Below the pieces are notes generated by a model, which saw nothing but the letters and a program-made list of their open reading frames with translations, did not search any database and was not told where the DNA came from. From Pseudomonadota bacterium (GTDB taxonomy: Bacteria > Pseudomonadota > Gammaproteobacteria > Burkholderiales > Burkholderiaceae_C), in assembly GCA_021812315.1 (NCBI GenBank), contig JAKANU010000001.1, positions 1 through 44,082 of the forward strand: DNA of 44,082 nt, in the 5' to 3' direction. The translations under genes and the position numbers were made by a program. The first letter of the stretch is position 1; the number at the start of each line of letters is the position of its first letter. Below are positions 35,469 through 44,082 of the stretch, piece by piece.

Positions 35469-37916
35469 ATGGCCACTCAGCCATCTTCTGCGCAACGGGC
35501 GGTTCTTGCCAGGGAGACGCGCAAGCGCTTTCTCAGTGAGCTCGCAGGTTCGATGGCGGAGCTCGGTGGCGCCGTCTATGAGCGCCTCACCAATCTGCTC
35601 GATGAAGCGGCGCCGTCGCGCGAGATGCAGGACCGGCGCGACGCCTGGACCGTGTATCGCGAGCAGCGTCAGGCCTGGGTTGATGGCACGCTGAGCGCCT
35701 GGGAGGCGTTGGCTACACCAACCCCGGCGACACACGCCAAACCGCTGGAAATGCAGTTGGAGCTGGTCGGTACCGACACGGTCGAGAACAAAATCGTTGC
35801 TTCCCGGCTGGCACAGGGCATGCTTGAAGCAGTGAAGGCCGAGCTCGACGACCTGCGCTTGCGCATGAAGCAGCTCGATGGCGAAGTTGCGGTCGAACAA
35901 AAGGACATTCTCGAACCCGAAGTCCTGGCCTTGGCGTTGGTGGAACGTTGGGCCGAAGTCGGCCTGCAGCGAAGCGTCTGGCCGATGATTACCGAAGTGG
36001 TGCAAAAGCAGTTGTCGCAGGCGCTGCAGCGGGGCTACGCAAATTGCAACGCATTCCTGATCGGGCAAGGCGTGCTGCCAACCATTGATTTGGCGCATCG
36101 CGTCAGGCGCGCCGCCCCGGCTCCCGCCCGCACGGCCTCGGCGGCCGGGCACGGGTTTGCCGATACCATCGATGGCGCTGAGTTCCGCAATACCAGCGGG
36201 CGCCCGGGCTTGCAGCCCGACGGTTCCCCTTCCGGAGCGGGTTCAGGTTCCGGCGGCTCCTTTGCCCGCACCGGATCCGGCTGGGACGAGGAAACCCGCC
36301 CGGGTAACAACCTTGCCGGCGGTCCCGGAAGTCGGCAGTTTGCTCACACGCCTGGCGTCCCGCATGGGGGCTACGCCAGTGCGGCCGAAGAAACACGGAT
36401 GATGACTTCGACCACGCCACTGGCGCGGGCACGCAGCCGCGCGCTGGGGGTGATGGGTCAGCTCAAGCGCCTGCTTGCGGGTGCGGGAGGCGACAACGTT
36501 GATGGCTCGGGGCATGCGCCGCCGTCCCCGGAACTGGCAGCGGCCATCGCCGTCAGGCCAGGAGCAGACTCCGCAGGAAGTTCTGACGGAGGCACGATCA
36601 GGCACGAATACGGCGCGGAGGCTGTGACGCGCGTGGCCAGCGAGTTGCGCGAGCGCAGCATCGAGCTCAAGAGCAAGGCACAGACCAAGAATGAAAAGGC
36701 GACGATCGAGATTGTGGCCTTGATGTTTCAGGCGATCTTGCAGGAAAGCCGGATCCCGGCCGCCATCCGCGTCTGGTTTGCGCGCCTGCAAATGCCGGTG
36801 CTCAGGGTGGCGCTGGCGGAGCCGGATTTTTTCGGAACCCTGGATCACCCGGCGCGCCAGTTGATCGATCGCATGGGCTCCTGCGTCATGGGGTTTGACG
36901 CCAGTGGCATCAGTGGCAGTGCGCTGGAGGCTGAAATCAAGCGCGTGGTGCAGGTCATCGAACAGTATCCCGAGACGGGTAAACGCGTTTTCCAGCTGGT
37001 CTACAAGGAATTCCAGAAGTTTCTCGAGCAATTCCTGACCGACAAGGCCAGCACCCAAAAGGTGGTTGGTGTGGCGCAGCAAGTCGAGCAGAAGGAAACG
37101 CTGACGATCCAGTACACGATCGAAATGCGCAACATGCTCAAGGAACTCCCGGTGCGCGACGAGATACGCCAGTTCCTGTTCAAGGTCTGGGCTGAGGTGC
37201 TGGCGGTGGCGGCGGTGCGGCGTGGTCCGCAACATGCCGAGACACAGACGATGAAGAAGGTCTCGACCGAGCTGGTGTGGGCGGCCAGCGCCAAGCCCAA
37301 TCGCAGCGATCGTGCACGGGTGATTGCAGAGTTGCCGCAGTTGCTGCAGAAGCTGCGCGCCGGGATGTCGCTGTTGGGCCTGCCCGCTGGCGAACAGGAG
37401 GCGCATATCAAGATTGTCAGCGCCACGCTGGCGGATGCCTTTTTGTCCAAGACGCAAGCCATTTCCCAGAAGCAGATCACGGCCATGACGCAAAGGCTGG
37501 AAAACCTCGAGGCGTTTGTCGGCGAGGCTGGCCCGGGTGATTTGCCGCTGGATGCCCAGAGCATCGAAATGATGGTCGGGGTCGACGCCTCGATGATCGA
37601 GGTCGTTGCCGACGGTGGCTCCAAGCCCGGTGCGGCGATGCTGGCCTGGGCGCAGGAGTTGCAACCGGGCGCGTGGTTCACTCTGGACCATAGCGGTCGG
37701 GTGGCCCAGGTTCAGTTCGTCTGGCGCAGCGAAGGCAAACACTTGAATTTGTTCGCCAGCGCCGACGGGCGCAGTTATCTGCTGCAGGCCGGACGCCTGG
37801 CGGCGTATCTGCAGGCCGGCCTGCTGCTGCCTCAGGAGCAGGAGACGCTGACGGTGCGCGCCACGCGCGACGCCCTGGGCAAGATCGAGGCCAATCCGGA
37901 GCGCTTGCTCGGGTAG
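35469..37916 (+). CDS. DUF1631 family protein
   Basis: IEIVALMFQAIL..RLQMPVLRVAL..FF...HPARQLIDR pattern. Helical, 815 aa. Confidence 0.8.
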   Translation: MATQPSSAQRAVLARETRKRFLSELAGSMAELGGAVYERLTNLLDEAAPSREMQDRRDAWTVYREQRQAWVDGTLSAWEALATPTPATHAKPLEMQLELVGTDTVENKIVASRLAQGMLEAVKAELDDLRLRMKQLDGEVAVEQKDILEPEVLALALVERWAEVGLQRSVWPMITEVVQKQLSQALQRGYANCNAFLIGQGVLPTIDLAHRVRRAAPAPARTASAAGHGFADTIDGAEFRNTSGRPGLQPDGSPSGAGSGSGGSFARTGSGWDEETRPGNNLAGGPGSRQFAHTPGVPHGGYASAAEETRMMTSTTPLARARSRALGVMGQLKRLLAGAGGDNVDGSGHAPPSPELAAAIAVRPGADSAGSSDGGTIRHEYGAEAVTRVASELRERSIELKSKAQTKNEKATIEIVALMFQAILQESRIPAAIRVWFARLQMPVLRVALAEPDFFGTLDHPARQLIDRMGSCVMGFDASGISGSALEAEIKRVVQVIEQYPETGKRVFQLVYKEFQKFLEQFLTDKASTQKVVGVAQQVEQKETLTIQYTIEMRNMLKELPVRDEIRQFLFKVWAEVLAVAAVRRGPQHAETQTMKKVSTELVWAASAKPNRSDRARVIAELPQLLQKLRAGMSLLGLPAGEQEAHIKIVSATLADAFLSKTQAISQKQITAMTQRLENLEAFVGEAGPGDLPLDAQSIEMMVGVDASMIEVVADGGSKPGAAMLAWAQELQPGAWFTLDHSGRVAQVQFVWRSEGKHLNLFASADGRSYLLQAGRLAAYLQAGLLLPQEQETLTVRATRDALGKIEANPERLLG

Positions 37917-37937
37917 GCGCACGCGAGCGAACGGCAT

Positions 37938-39122
37938 TCAGACTTGCGTGCGGCTCAGGCGCTGGAACAATCCGCCCGGCAAGCGTTTGAGCGTGCCGTC
38001 GAGTTCGAGAGACATCAGCTGTGCCTGCAGTTCGGGCGTCGACAGGCCACTTCGTGCCTGCAGTGCATCGAGTCCGACGGGGTCAAAACCGAGTGCATCG
38101 AGCAACCCGCTTTCATGTGGAAAAGAGCCTGAAGCGCTTTGTTGAAAGGCATCGTGTGCTATCGAATCAATAGCATCTTGGGAGCCGTCGACGAGCCTCA
38201 GCTCTTCCAGAATATCGGCGACCGACTCCACCAGTTTGGCGCCCTGGCGGATCAGCGCATGGCAGCCGCGTGACTGCGGCGAGTGAATCGAACCGGGAAT
38301 TGCGAAGACCTCCCGACCCTGTTCGGCGGCCAGTCGCGCGGTGATCAGCGAGCCCGATTTCAAGGCCGCTTCAACGACCAGGGTGCCCTGCGCCAGACCG
38401 GCAATCAGTCGATTGCGCCTGGGGAAGTTCGTCATCAGGGCCGGTGTGCCCAGTGGATATTCGCTCAGCAGCAGGCCATTGGTGGCAATGCGTCGCGCCA
38501 GATCGAGATGTTGCTTCGGATACACGCGGTCGACGCCTGTGCCAAGCACTGCCACCGTGGCCAAGAAGGGACTGTCCGGCGCCGCCCCCTGCAGTGCGCC
38601 CTCATGAGCCGCAGCGTCGATTCCCAAGGCCAGGCCGGAGACCACGGTCAGCCCGGCCTGCACGAGTGCCTTGGCAAAGTGGCGGGCGTTGTCCGCGCCT
38701 TGCGCGGTTGGGTTGCGGCTGCCGACCACGGCAATGCTGTCGGGGAGAGAGGCGTTTGCCACTCCAGGCGCCGGAAAAGTCCCGTTGCCCAGCAGGTACA
38801 GCAGCAGTGGAGGGTCGTCGATCCGCAGCAGGGCGGCAGGATACTGGGCGTCGCCCAGAGCAAGGATCCGGTGTCTGAGAGCATCGTTGTTCGAGGCCTG
38901 CAGCCAGTCCCAGGACATATCGAGTTGCGCGGGCAACTGCGCGGGTGCACTGCGCAGCGCGCCGGCCTGCGCCGCAGAGACCACTTGTTCGAGTGCCTGT
39001 GTGGACTGGCCAAATATCGCCTCGGGCAGGGCAAAGGCGCTCAGCAGCCGGCGTGCACTGGCGTTGCCGATACCCGGGGTCAGGCTCAGGCGCAGCCAGC
39101 TACCGAGTTCGGTCCGATCCAT
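37938..39122 (-). CDS. dprA: DNA-processing protein DprA
   Basis: IAVVGSRNPT, VSGLALGIDAAAH, FPRRNRLIAG, VVEAALKSGSLITA and a C-terminal winged helix. Confidence 0.95.
   Translation of the reverse strand: MDRTELGSWLRLSLTPGIGNASARRLLSAFALPEAIFGQSTQALEQVVSAAQAGALRSAPAQLPAQLDMSWDWLQASNNDALRHRILALGDAQYPAALLRIDDPPLLLYLLGNGTFPAPGVANASLPDSIAVVGSRNPTAQGADNARHFAKALVQAGLTVVSGLALGIDAAAHEGALQGAAPDSPFLATVAVLGTGVDRVYPKQHLDLARRIATNGLLLSEYPLGTPALMTNFPRRNRLIAGLAQGTLVVEAALKSGSLITARLAAEQGREVFAIPGSIHSPQSRGCHALIRQGAKLVESVADILEELRLVDGSQDAIDSIAHDAFQQSASGSFPHESGLLDALGFDPVGLDALQARSGLSTPELQAQLMSLELDGTLKRLPGGLFQRLSRTQV
38119..38177 (-). repeat. Family A motif, in frame inside the dprA linker
   Basis: GCTA-N9-TAGC at 38158-38174, 18/20 identical to 6128-6147. 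It encodes DAIDSIAHDAFQQSASGSF. Confidence 0.7.
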
Positions 39123-39151
39123 TGCGCGGACTCGCCTTGGCCGGGCAACGC

Positions 39152-40366
39152 TCAGCGTGGGTTGATCAGGCGGTCGCCGACCTTGACGCCATCGGTGATT
39201 TCGAGCACCAGCCCGTAGGAGAGCTTTTCGAAGGTGCGAAACACCATCAGCAGACCGTTTCGTTCATCGGGCAATTTGATCGGCGTGCGGGCTTCGTCGG
39301 TCTTGTCGATCACGCGTTGGCCATGCTTGAGGATGGCCAGTACCTGGCCATTGTCTATTCCATCGCGGCGGCCACGGTTGATTGCCACGACCTGATTTTG
39401 CCCGGCGTTGGCCACCGCGTTGCCGTAGATGGAAATGATGAGTGCGTCGACCTTGCCGGCCGGAGCATGCGGGGTATAGCTCTGAAACTCACGCGGCGGC
39501 TCGGGTAACAGCCGGTCGCCGGTGCGGGCCTCTTCGCGGGATGTCACCAGGTCGATGGTTGCCGGCACGAGCTCGGTCACCGGATTGCCCTCCTTGTTGG
39601 TGGAGGTTTCAGTGCTTTCGCCCCGCACCAGGACCGCCTTGCCCACATACTGCGCTTCGTAGCCGAGCACCTCCCCGGTCACCGGGTCTTTCAGGGGCGT
39701 GGCGTTGCGAAAGATTCGCAGCATTTGCTGCTTTTGCCCGGGCTCATCCTTGACCGGCACATCGGCCGGACCGCGAATGTAGGCCCGATCACCGCGCGAG
39801 AGCAGAACGCGCCCTTCCTGTGCCGCCACGATGCGCGGTGCGAGCTGGAGTTGGTTTTCCTCGACGATCACCGGCTGCGTCAGGAAGGGTTCGATCAAAT
39901 GGCTCTTGAGCGTGGTCAGGCTTTCTTCGCCCAGCGGCTCGGAGCGCACGCGCGGCGACAGGCGCACGGTCTCGGTGGGCATCTGCGCGCCGTCCGGGGC
40001 GGTGGTGCGCAGCCGGGCACGACCATCGATTTTCTCGAGGTATAGCTTCTGCCCGGGGTAGATCAGATGCGGGTTCCTGATTTCGTTGAGGTTCATGCCC
40101 CACAACTCGGGCCAGCGCCACGGCTTCTTGAGGTACATGCCAGAGATTGCCCACAGCGTGTCGCCGCGGCGAACCGTATAGGTATCCGGAGCATTGGCGG
40201 CGAGTTCGCTCAGCGGGACACCGGCTTGGGCAACTTCGTTGGCAATGGCCTTTTGCTGCGCGGTCACCGGGTATGGCTGTGCCAGGCACGGCTGCACCAG
40301 CCAGCCGCTGCCGAGCACCGCCAGCGCCGCGCCGGCGAAGCTTGCGACTTTGGATTTCACCATCAT
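39152..40366 (-). CDS. LysM peptidoglycan-binding protein (TsaP-like)
   Basis: Signal peptide and LysM YTVRRGDTLWAIS..PWRWPELW..NPHLIYPG. Located between dprA and def. Start uncertain (40363-40378). Confidence 0.85.
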   Translation of the reverse strand: MMVKSKVASFAGAALAVLGSGWLVQPCLAQPYPVTAQQKAIANEVAQAGVPLSELAANAPDTYTVRRGDTLWAISGMYLKKPWRWPELWGMNLNEIRNPHLIYPGQKLYLEKIDGRARLRTTAPDGAQMPTETVRLSPRVRSEPLGEESLTTLKSHLIEPFLTQPVIVEENQLQLAPRIVAAQEGRVLLSRGDRAYIRGPADVPVKDEPGQKQQMLRIFRNATPLKDPVTGEVLGYEAQYVGKAVLVRGESTETSTNKEGNPVTELVPATIDLVTSREEARTGDRLLPEPPREFQSYTPHAPAGKVDALIISIYGNAVANAGQNQVVAINRGRRDGIDNGQVLAILKHGQRVIDKTDEARTPIKLPDERNGLLMVFRTFEKLSYGLVLEITDGVKVGDRLINPR

Positions 40367-40622
40367 GTCTATTGTCATAGTTGGTAGCACTGCAAATGCC
40401 TCTCAAGCGGTTCGCGAGTCTGCGCTTACACCCCGCAGGGTCACGGAAAATCTTGATAAATCACACGCGATTCTGCGCTCAAGCCATTGATTGAGCAACG
40501 TTTTTGGCAGAGAACAGGTGCCCGCGGGTAGAAAAGTGGCGAAAATAGCGACATCCTGAAACCTGGCGTTACAGACCGCGCCTGCACCACCAGCATGCCA
40601 AGTCTGTACTCGAACTTAGAAC

Positions 40623-41132
40623 ATGGCCCTATTATCCATCCTTTGCTTTCCAGACCCCCGGCTGCACAAGCTGGCCAAACCTGTGGCTGACGTGGATGCG
40701 CGCGTGCGCAGGCTTGTCGCCGACATGCTCGAGACCATGTACGCGGCCAAGGGCATTGGGCTGGCGGCCACGCAGGTCGACGTGCATGAGCGAGTGATCG
40801 TCATCGATGTCTCCGATGAGCGCGACCAGCCGCAGGTTTTCATCAATCCGCAGCTCGTCTGGACCAGTGAGCAAACGCATCTCAACGAGGAAGGTTGTCT
40901 GTCGGTGCCCGGAATTTATGACGGCGTGCAACGGTTTGATGCCGTCACCGTGAAGGCGCTTGACGTTGATGGAGGGGAGCGTGTGGTCGAGGCCACGGAC
41001 CTGCTCTCGGTCTGTCTGCAACATGAGATGGATCATCTGCTGGGCAAGGTTTTTGTGGAGTATCTGTCGCCGCTCAAGCGCAGTCGCATCAAGAAGAAAA
41101 TGCTGAAGGCGCAACGCGAGGACGCGTCGTGA
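40623..41132 (+). CDS. def: Peptide deformylase
   Basis: [13 protein letters not shown] and QHEMDH motifs. Confidence 0.97.
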   Translation: MALLSILCFPDPRLHKLAKPVADVDARVRRLVADMLETMYAAKGIGLAATQVDVHERVIVIDVSDERDQPQVFINPQLVWTSEQTHLNEEGCLSVPGIYDGVQRFDAVTVKALDVDGGERVVEATDLLSVCLQHEMDHLLGKVFVEYLSPLKRSRIKKKMLKAQREDAS

Positions 41133-42097
41133 GGTTGATCTTTGCCGGCACGCCCGAGTTTGCCCGCACGGCATTGGAGCAACTGCACGGCGCGGGCCAC
41201 GAGATCGCCCTGGTGCTGACGCAGCCCGACCGTCCCGGCGGGCGTGGACTGCGCTTGCAGGCTTCTGCGGTCAAGCGGTTCGCCCAGGAGAACGGTCTGG
41301 CGATCGCCCAGCCGCGCAGTTTGCGGGTGGACGGCAAATACGTCGACGATGCGGTGGCCGCGGGTGCGTTGATCAAGGCTGCGCAGGCCCAGGCGATGGT
41401 GGTGGCAGCCTACGGCCTGATGCTGCCGCAGTGGGTACTCGATGTCCCCGACAAGGGCTGCTTCAACGTCCATGCCTCGCTGCTGCCGCGCTGGCGCGGT
41501 GCCGCGCCGATTCAGCGCGCCATCGAAGCTGGGGACGCGCACAGCGGTGTGACGATCATGCAGATGGATGCCGGCCTGGATACCGGTGCCATGCTGATGG
41601 CGCATGCCACGCCGATCGCGGCCAGTGATACCGCGGGCACCTTGCATGACCGACTCGCGGCGCTGGGCGCGCGTTTGTTGCTGTTGACCCTGGAGAAGGC
41701 TGCAGCCGGCACGCTGCGCCCGGTGGCGCAAGAGGCTCAGGCAGCGACTTACGCAAGGAAGGTGGACAAGGCGGAAGCGGCCATCGACTGGGCACAGCCG
41801 GCGCAGGTCATCGTGCGGCGCGTGCGGGCTTTCAATCCGGCACCGGGCGCGCACTGCAGCTGGCACGGACAGATGCTGAAGGTATGGGCCGCCGCAGCCT
41901 GCGACGCGGTTCCTGGCGCCACCCCGGATTGTGGGACCATTATGGCTGTAGAGCCCGAAGGGATTGCTGTTGCCGCTATGAATTCGATAGTAGTGTTGAC
42001 ACAGTTGCAGCGCCCGGGAGGCCGCGCTCTGGCGGCGGAGGAGTTTGTCCGCGGCTGCGACCTGCGCGCGGGCATGGCTTTTGACCGGCGCGGCTGA
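41129..42097 (+). CDS. fmt: Methionyl-tRNA formyltransferase
   Basis: [34 protein letters not shown] and GLDTG. Confidence 0.97.
   Translation: MRLIFAGTPEFARTALEQLHGAGHEIALVLTQPDRPGGRGLRLQASAVKRFAQENGLAIAQPRSLRVDGKYVDDAVAAGALIKAAQAQAMVVAAYGLMLPQWVLDVPDKGCFNVHASLLPRWRGAAPIQRAIEAGDAHSGVTIMQMDAGLDTGAMLMAHATPIAASDTAGTLHDRLAALGARLLLLTLEKAAAGTLRPVAQEAQAATYARKVDKAEAAIDWAQPAQVIVRRVRAFNPAPGAHCSWHGQMLKVWAAAACDAVPGATPDCGTIMAVEPEGIAVAAMNSIVVLTQLQRPGGRALAAEEFVRGCDLRAGMAFDRRG
41941..41991 (-). repeat. Family A motif overlaid on fmt coding sequence
   Basis: 31/50 ungapped identity to 4261-4310, with GCTA-N9-TAG conserved at the same spacing. Confidence 0.55.
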
Positions 42098-42100
42098 TTC

Positions 42101-42832
42101 GTGTTCTGGTCCCGCGCTCACTACCGTCACCCCGAATTTCGCCAGGGGGCCCGCGATGCCATGGATGCCGCGCCGGGGCTGTCTGCCTGGGGTTTGATGA
42201 TGGGGGTGGCCATGGTCAAGTCGGGGATGAGCATCGTTAACGCCTTGTTGATGGGCGTGGTGGTCTTCGCCGGCAGCTCGCAACTCGCGGCCATTCCGCT
42301 GCTGGTGGCCGGCGCACCGATGTGGGTGATTCTGGCCACGGGTGCCTGCGTCAACCTGCGCTTTGTTGTCTTCAGCGTGCACCTGCGACCGTACATGATG
42401 CACCTTCCCCTGGGTCAGCGCCTGCTCGCGGGTTACCTGACGACTGACCTGAGCTATGTGCTGTTCACGCGGCGTTTTCCGCAGCATGGGGGCAGCGCCG
42501 CGCAATTGCTCGCGCAACAGGCATACCTGGCCGGCAATTGTGGGGTCACCTGGGCATCATGGGTCGGTTGCAGCATCATCGGCGTGGTGCTGGCGAACTT
42601 CATCCCGACGCAATGGGGCCTGGGCTTTGCCGGGATCCTGGCCTTGGTGGGTGTCATGTGCTCGCTGGCAACCGACCGTTTGCGTCGCGTTTCGGCGCTG
42701 GTCGCGGCGCTGGCGGCGATCGCGACGCTGGCGCTGCCGTTCAAGCTGAACATTCTGGTGGCGATCGCCTCGGCCGTGGCGCTGTGCCTGTTGCTGGAGA
42801 CCGGCACGGTCGACACCGGGGCAGGTTCATGA
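42101..42832 (+). CDS. azlC: AzlC family branched-chain amino acid exporter permease
   Basis: VFAGSSQLA, VNLRF and LTTD motifs. Multi-pass membrane protein. Confidence 0.88.
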   Translation: MFWSRAHYRHPEFRQGARDAMDAAPGLSAWGLMMGVAMVKSGMSIVNALLMGVVVFAGSSQLAAIPLLVAGAPMWVILATGACVNLRFVVFSVHLRPYMMHLPLGQRLLAGYLTTDLSYVLFTRRFPQHGGSAAQLLAQQAYLAGNCGVTWASWVGCSIIGVVLANFIPTQWGLGFAGILALVGVMCSLATDRLRRVSALVAALAAIATLALPFKLNILVAIASAVALCLLLETGTVDTGAGS

Positions 42833-43179
42833 GCAAGAACTTCGACTGGTGGAGCCTGGCGGTCATCCTCGGCCTGACGCTGGTCACCGTGCTGACTCGC
42901 TGCTTCTTTTTTATTTCCAGCAAACCATGGAGTCTGCCGCGCTGGGTACAGCGTGGCTTGCAGTACGCCCCTATCGCCGCGCTGGCTGCGGTGATTGCGC
43001 CCGAGGTTCTGACCATTCAGGGTCATCTCATTGAGAATTGGCAGGATGCGCGGATTTTTGGCGTCGCGGCCGGGGCGGGCTGGTTTTTCTGGCGACGTGG
43101 CCGCGGCCAGGCGGTGATGGGCACCATTGCGATCGGCATGTCCGTCTACTTGCCCCTGCATTTGGCGCTGGGTTGGTGA
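42829..43179 (+). CDS. azlD: AzlD domain protein
   Basis: VTVLTR..LP..LQYAPIAALAAVIAP. ATGA overlap with azlC. Confidence 0.85.
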   Translation: MSKNFDWWSLAVILGLTLVTVLTRCFFFISSKPWSLPRWVQRGLQYAPIAALAAVIAPEVLTIQGHLIENWQDARIFGVAAGAGWFFWRRGRGQAVMGTIAIGMSVYLPLHLALGW

Positions 43180-43242
43180 TCCTCGCGACCGGCGCACTTC
43201 TACAATCGAAGTCCGATCCAAATTTCAATGCCGGGTGGTTCC

Positions 43243-44082
43243 ATGAAAGTCATTCGTTTTTCCGATCTGTGCCAGCGCGCCGAGGTGCAGGGCAAGCGCG
43301 TGCTGATCCGTGCCGATCTGAATGTGCCGCTTGATGCCCAGGGCAACATCACTGAGGATACCCGCGTTCGCGCGTCCCTGGCCTGCGTGAGCATGGCGCT
43401 GCAGGCTGGTGCGGCGGTGATGGTGACTTCGCATCTGGGTCGACCCACCGAGGGCCAGTTTAAACCGGCTGATTCGCTCGCCCCGGTGGCCAGGCGCATG
43501 GGTGAATTGATGGGTCGCGAAGTGCCGCTGCTTTCCAACTGGACCGACGGTGTGCAGGTCAACCCGGGGCAAGTGGTGTTGCTCGAAAACTGCCGACTCA
43601 ACAAGGGTGAGAAGAAGAACGACGAGGCCCTGGCACGGAAGATGGCGGCCTTGTGCGACATCTTTGTGCACGACGCCTTTGGCACCGCGCATCGCGCGGA
43701 AGCGTCGACCTACGGCGTGGCACAGTTTGCCGCGGTGGCGTGCGCCGGTCCTTTGCTGGCCGCGGAAGTGGATGCCATCGCCTTGGCACTGGCGAATCCG
43801 AAGCGGCCACTGGTTGCAATTGTGGGTGGCTCGAAGGTGTCGACCAAGCTCACCGTTCTCAGGAGTCTGGCCGCTCGCGTGGATCAACTGATCGTCGGCG
43901 GCGGCATTGCCAACACCTTCATGCTCGCTGCCGGTCTGAAGATTGGCAAAAGCCTGGCCGAACCCGATCTGATGGCCGAGGCCCGGGCGGTGATGGACTT
44001 GATGCAGGCGCGCGGCGCCGCCGTGCCGATACCGGTCGATGTGGTCACGGCAAAGTCCTTTGCCAGCGATGCGGTGGCGACG
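43243..44082 (+). CDS. pgk: Phosphoglycerate kinase (partial, runs off the window)
   Basis: Translated by hand from ATG 43243: [39 protein letters not shown] and GGGIANTF. Confidence 0.95.
   Translation, partial: MKVIRFSDLCQRAEVQGKRVLIRADLNVPLDAQGNITEDTRVRASLACVSMALQAGAAVMVTSHLGRPTEGQFKPADSLAPVARRMGELMGREVPLLSNWTDGVQVNPGQVVLLENCRLNKGEKKNDEALARKMAALCDIFVHDAFGTAHRAEASTYGVAQFAAVACAGPLLAAEVDAIALALANPKRPLVAIVGGSKVSTKLTVLRSLAARVDQLIVGGGIANTFMLAAGLKIGKSLAEPDLMAEARAVMDLMQARGAAVPIPVDVVTAKSFASDAVAT

Noticed and set aside
37938-42097. dprA-LysM divergent from def-fmt as a novel competence cluster
   Set aside because: This is a widely conserved proteobacterial gene order.

Overview
GC-rich betaproteobacterial chromosome segment, probably Comamonadaceae (Rhodoferax-like; inferred from gene content and protein style). 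The left half (1-20.3 kb) is the distal part of a surface-polysaccharide locus. It holds GT2 and GT4 glycosyltransferases, wcaI, VanZ, a phosphoglycosyl transferase and galE, interleaved with toxin-antitoxin-type modules: a HicA-like/HTH pair, a decayed Phd-VapC, an MNT-HEPN with a mutated catalytic Arg, a Fic protein and BrnTA. A self-contained block of about 9.3 kb (9165-18400) has its own promoter and sits between a galE 5' remnant and the intact galE. It encodes a small secreted protein ending in Ser, an O-antigen-ligase/O-OTase-family protein, a non-lipoprotein Wza, Wzc, a membrane-anchored J-domain protein, a helical-repeat/CBM-like protein, a PHP tyrosine phosphatase and a DUF218 protein. 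This is the best candidate for an undescribed system, possibly a protein-anchored, chaperone-assisted capsule. Three families of short DNA repeats mark gene junctions or lie in frame inside genes. The right half (20.3-44 kb) is core genome: glnE, yhdP, a small membrane ORF, mltA, indolepyruvate ferredoxin oxidoreductase, yajC-secD-secF, DUF1631, dprA, LysM/TsaP-like, def-fmt, azlC-azlD and partial pgk. All calls come from reading motifs by eye; no database searches were run.
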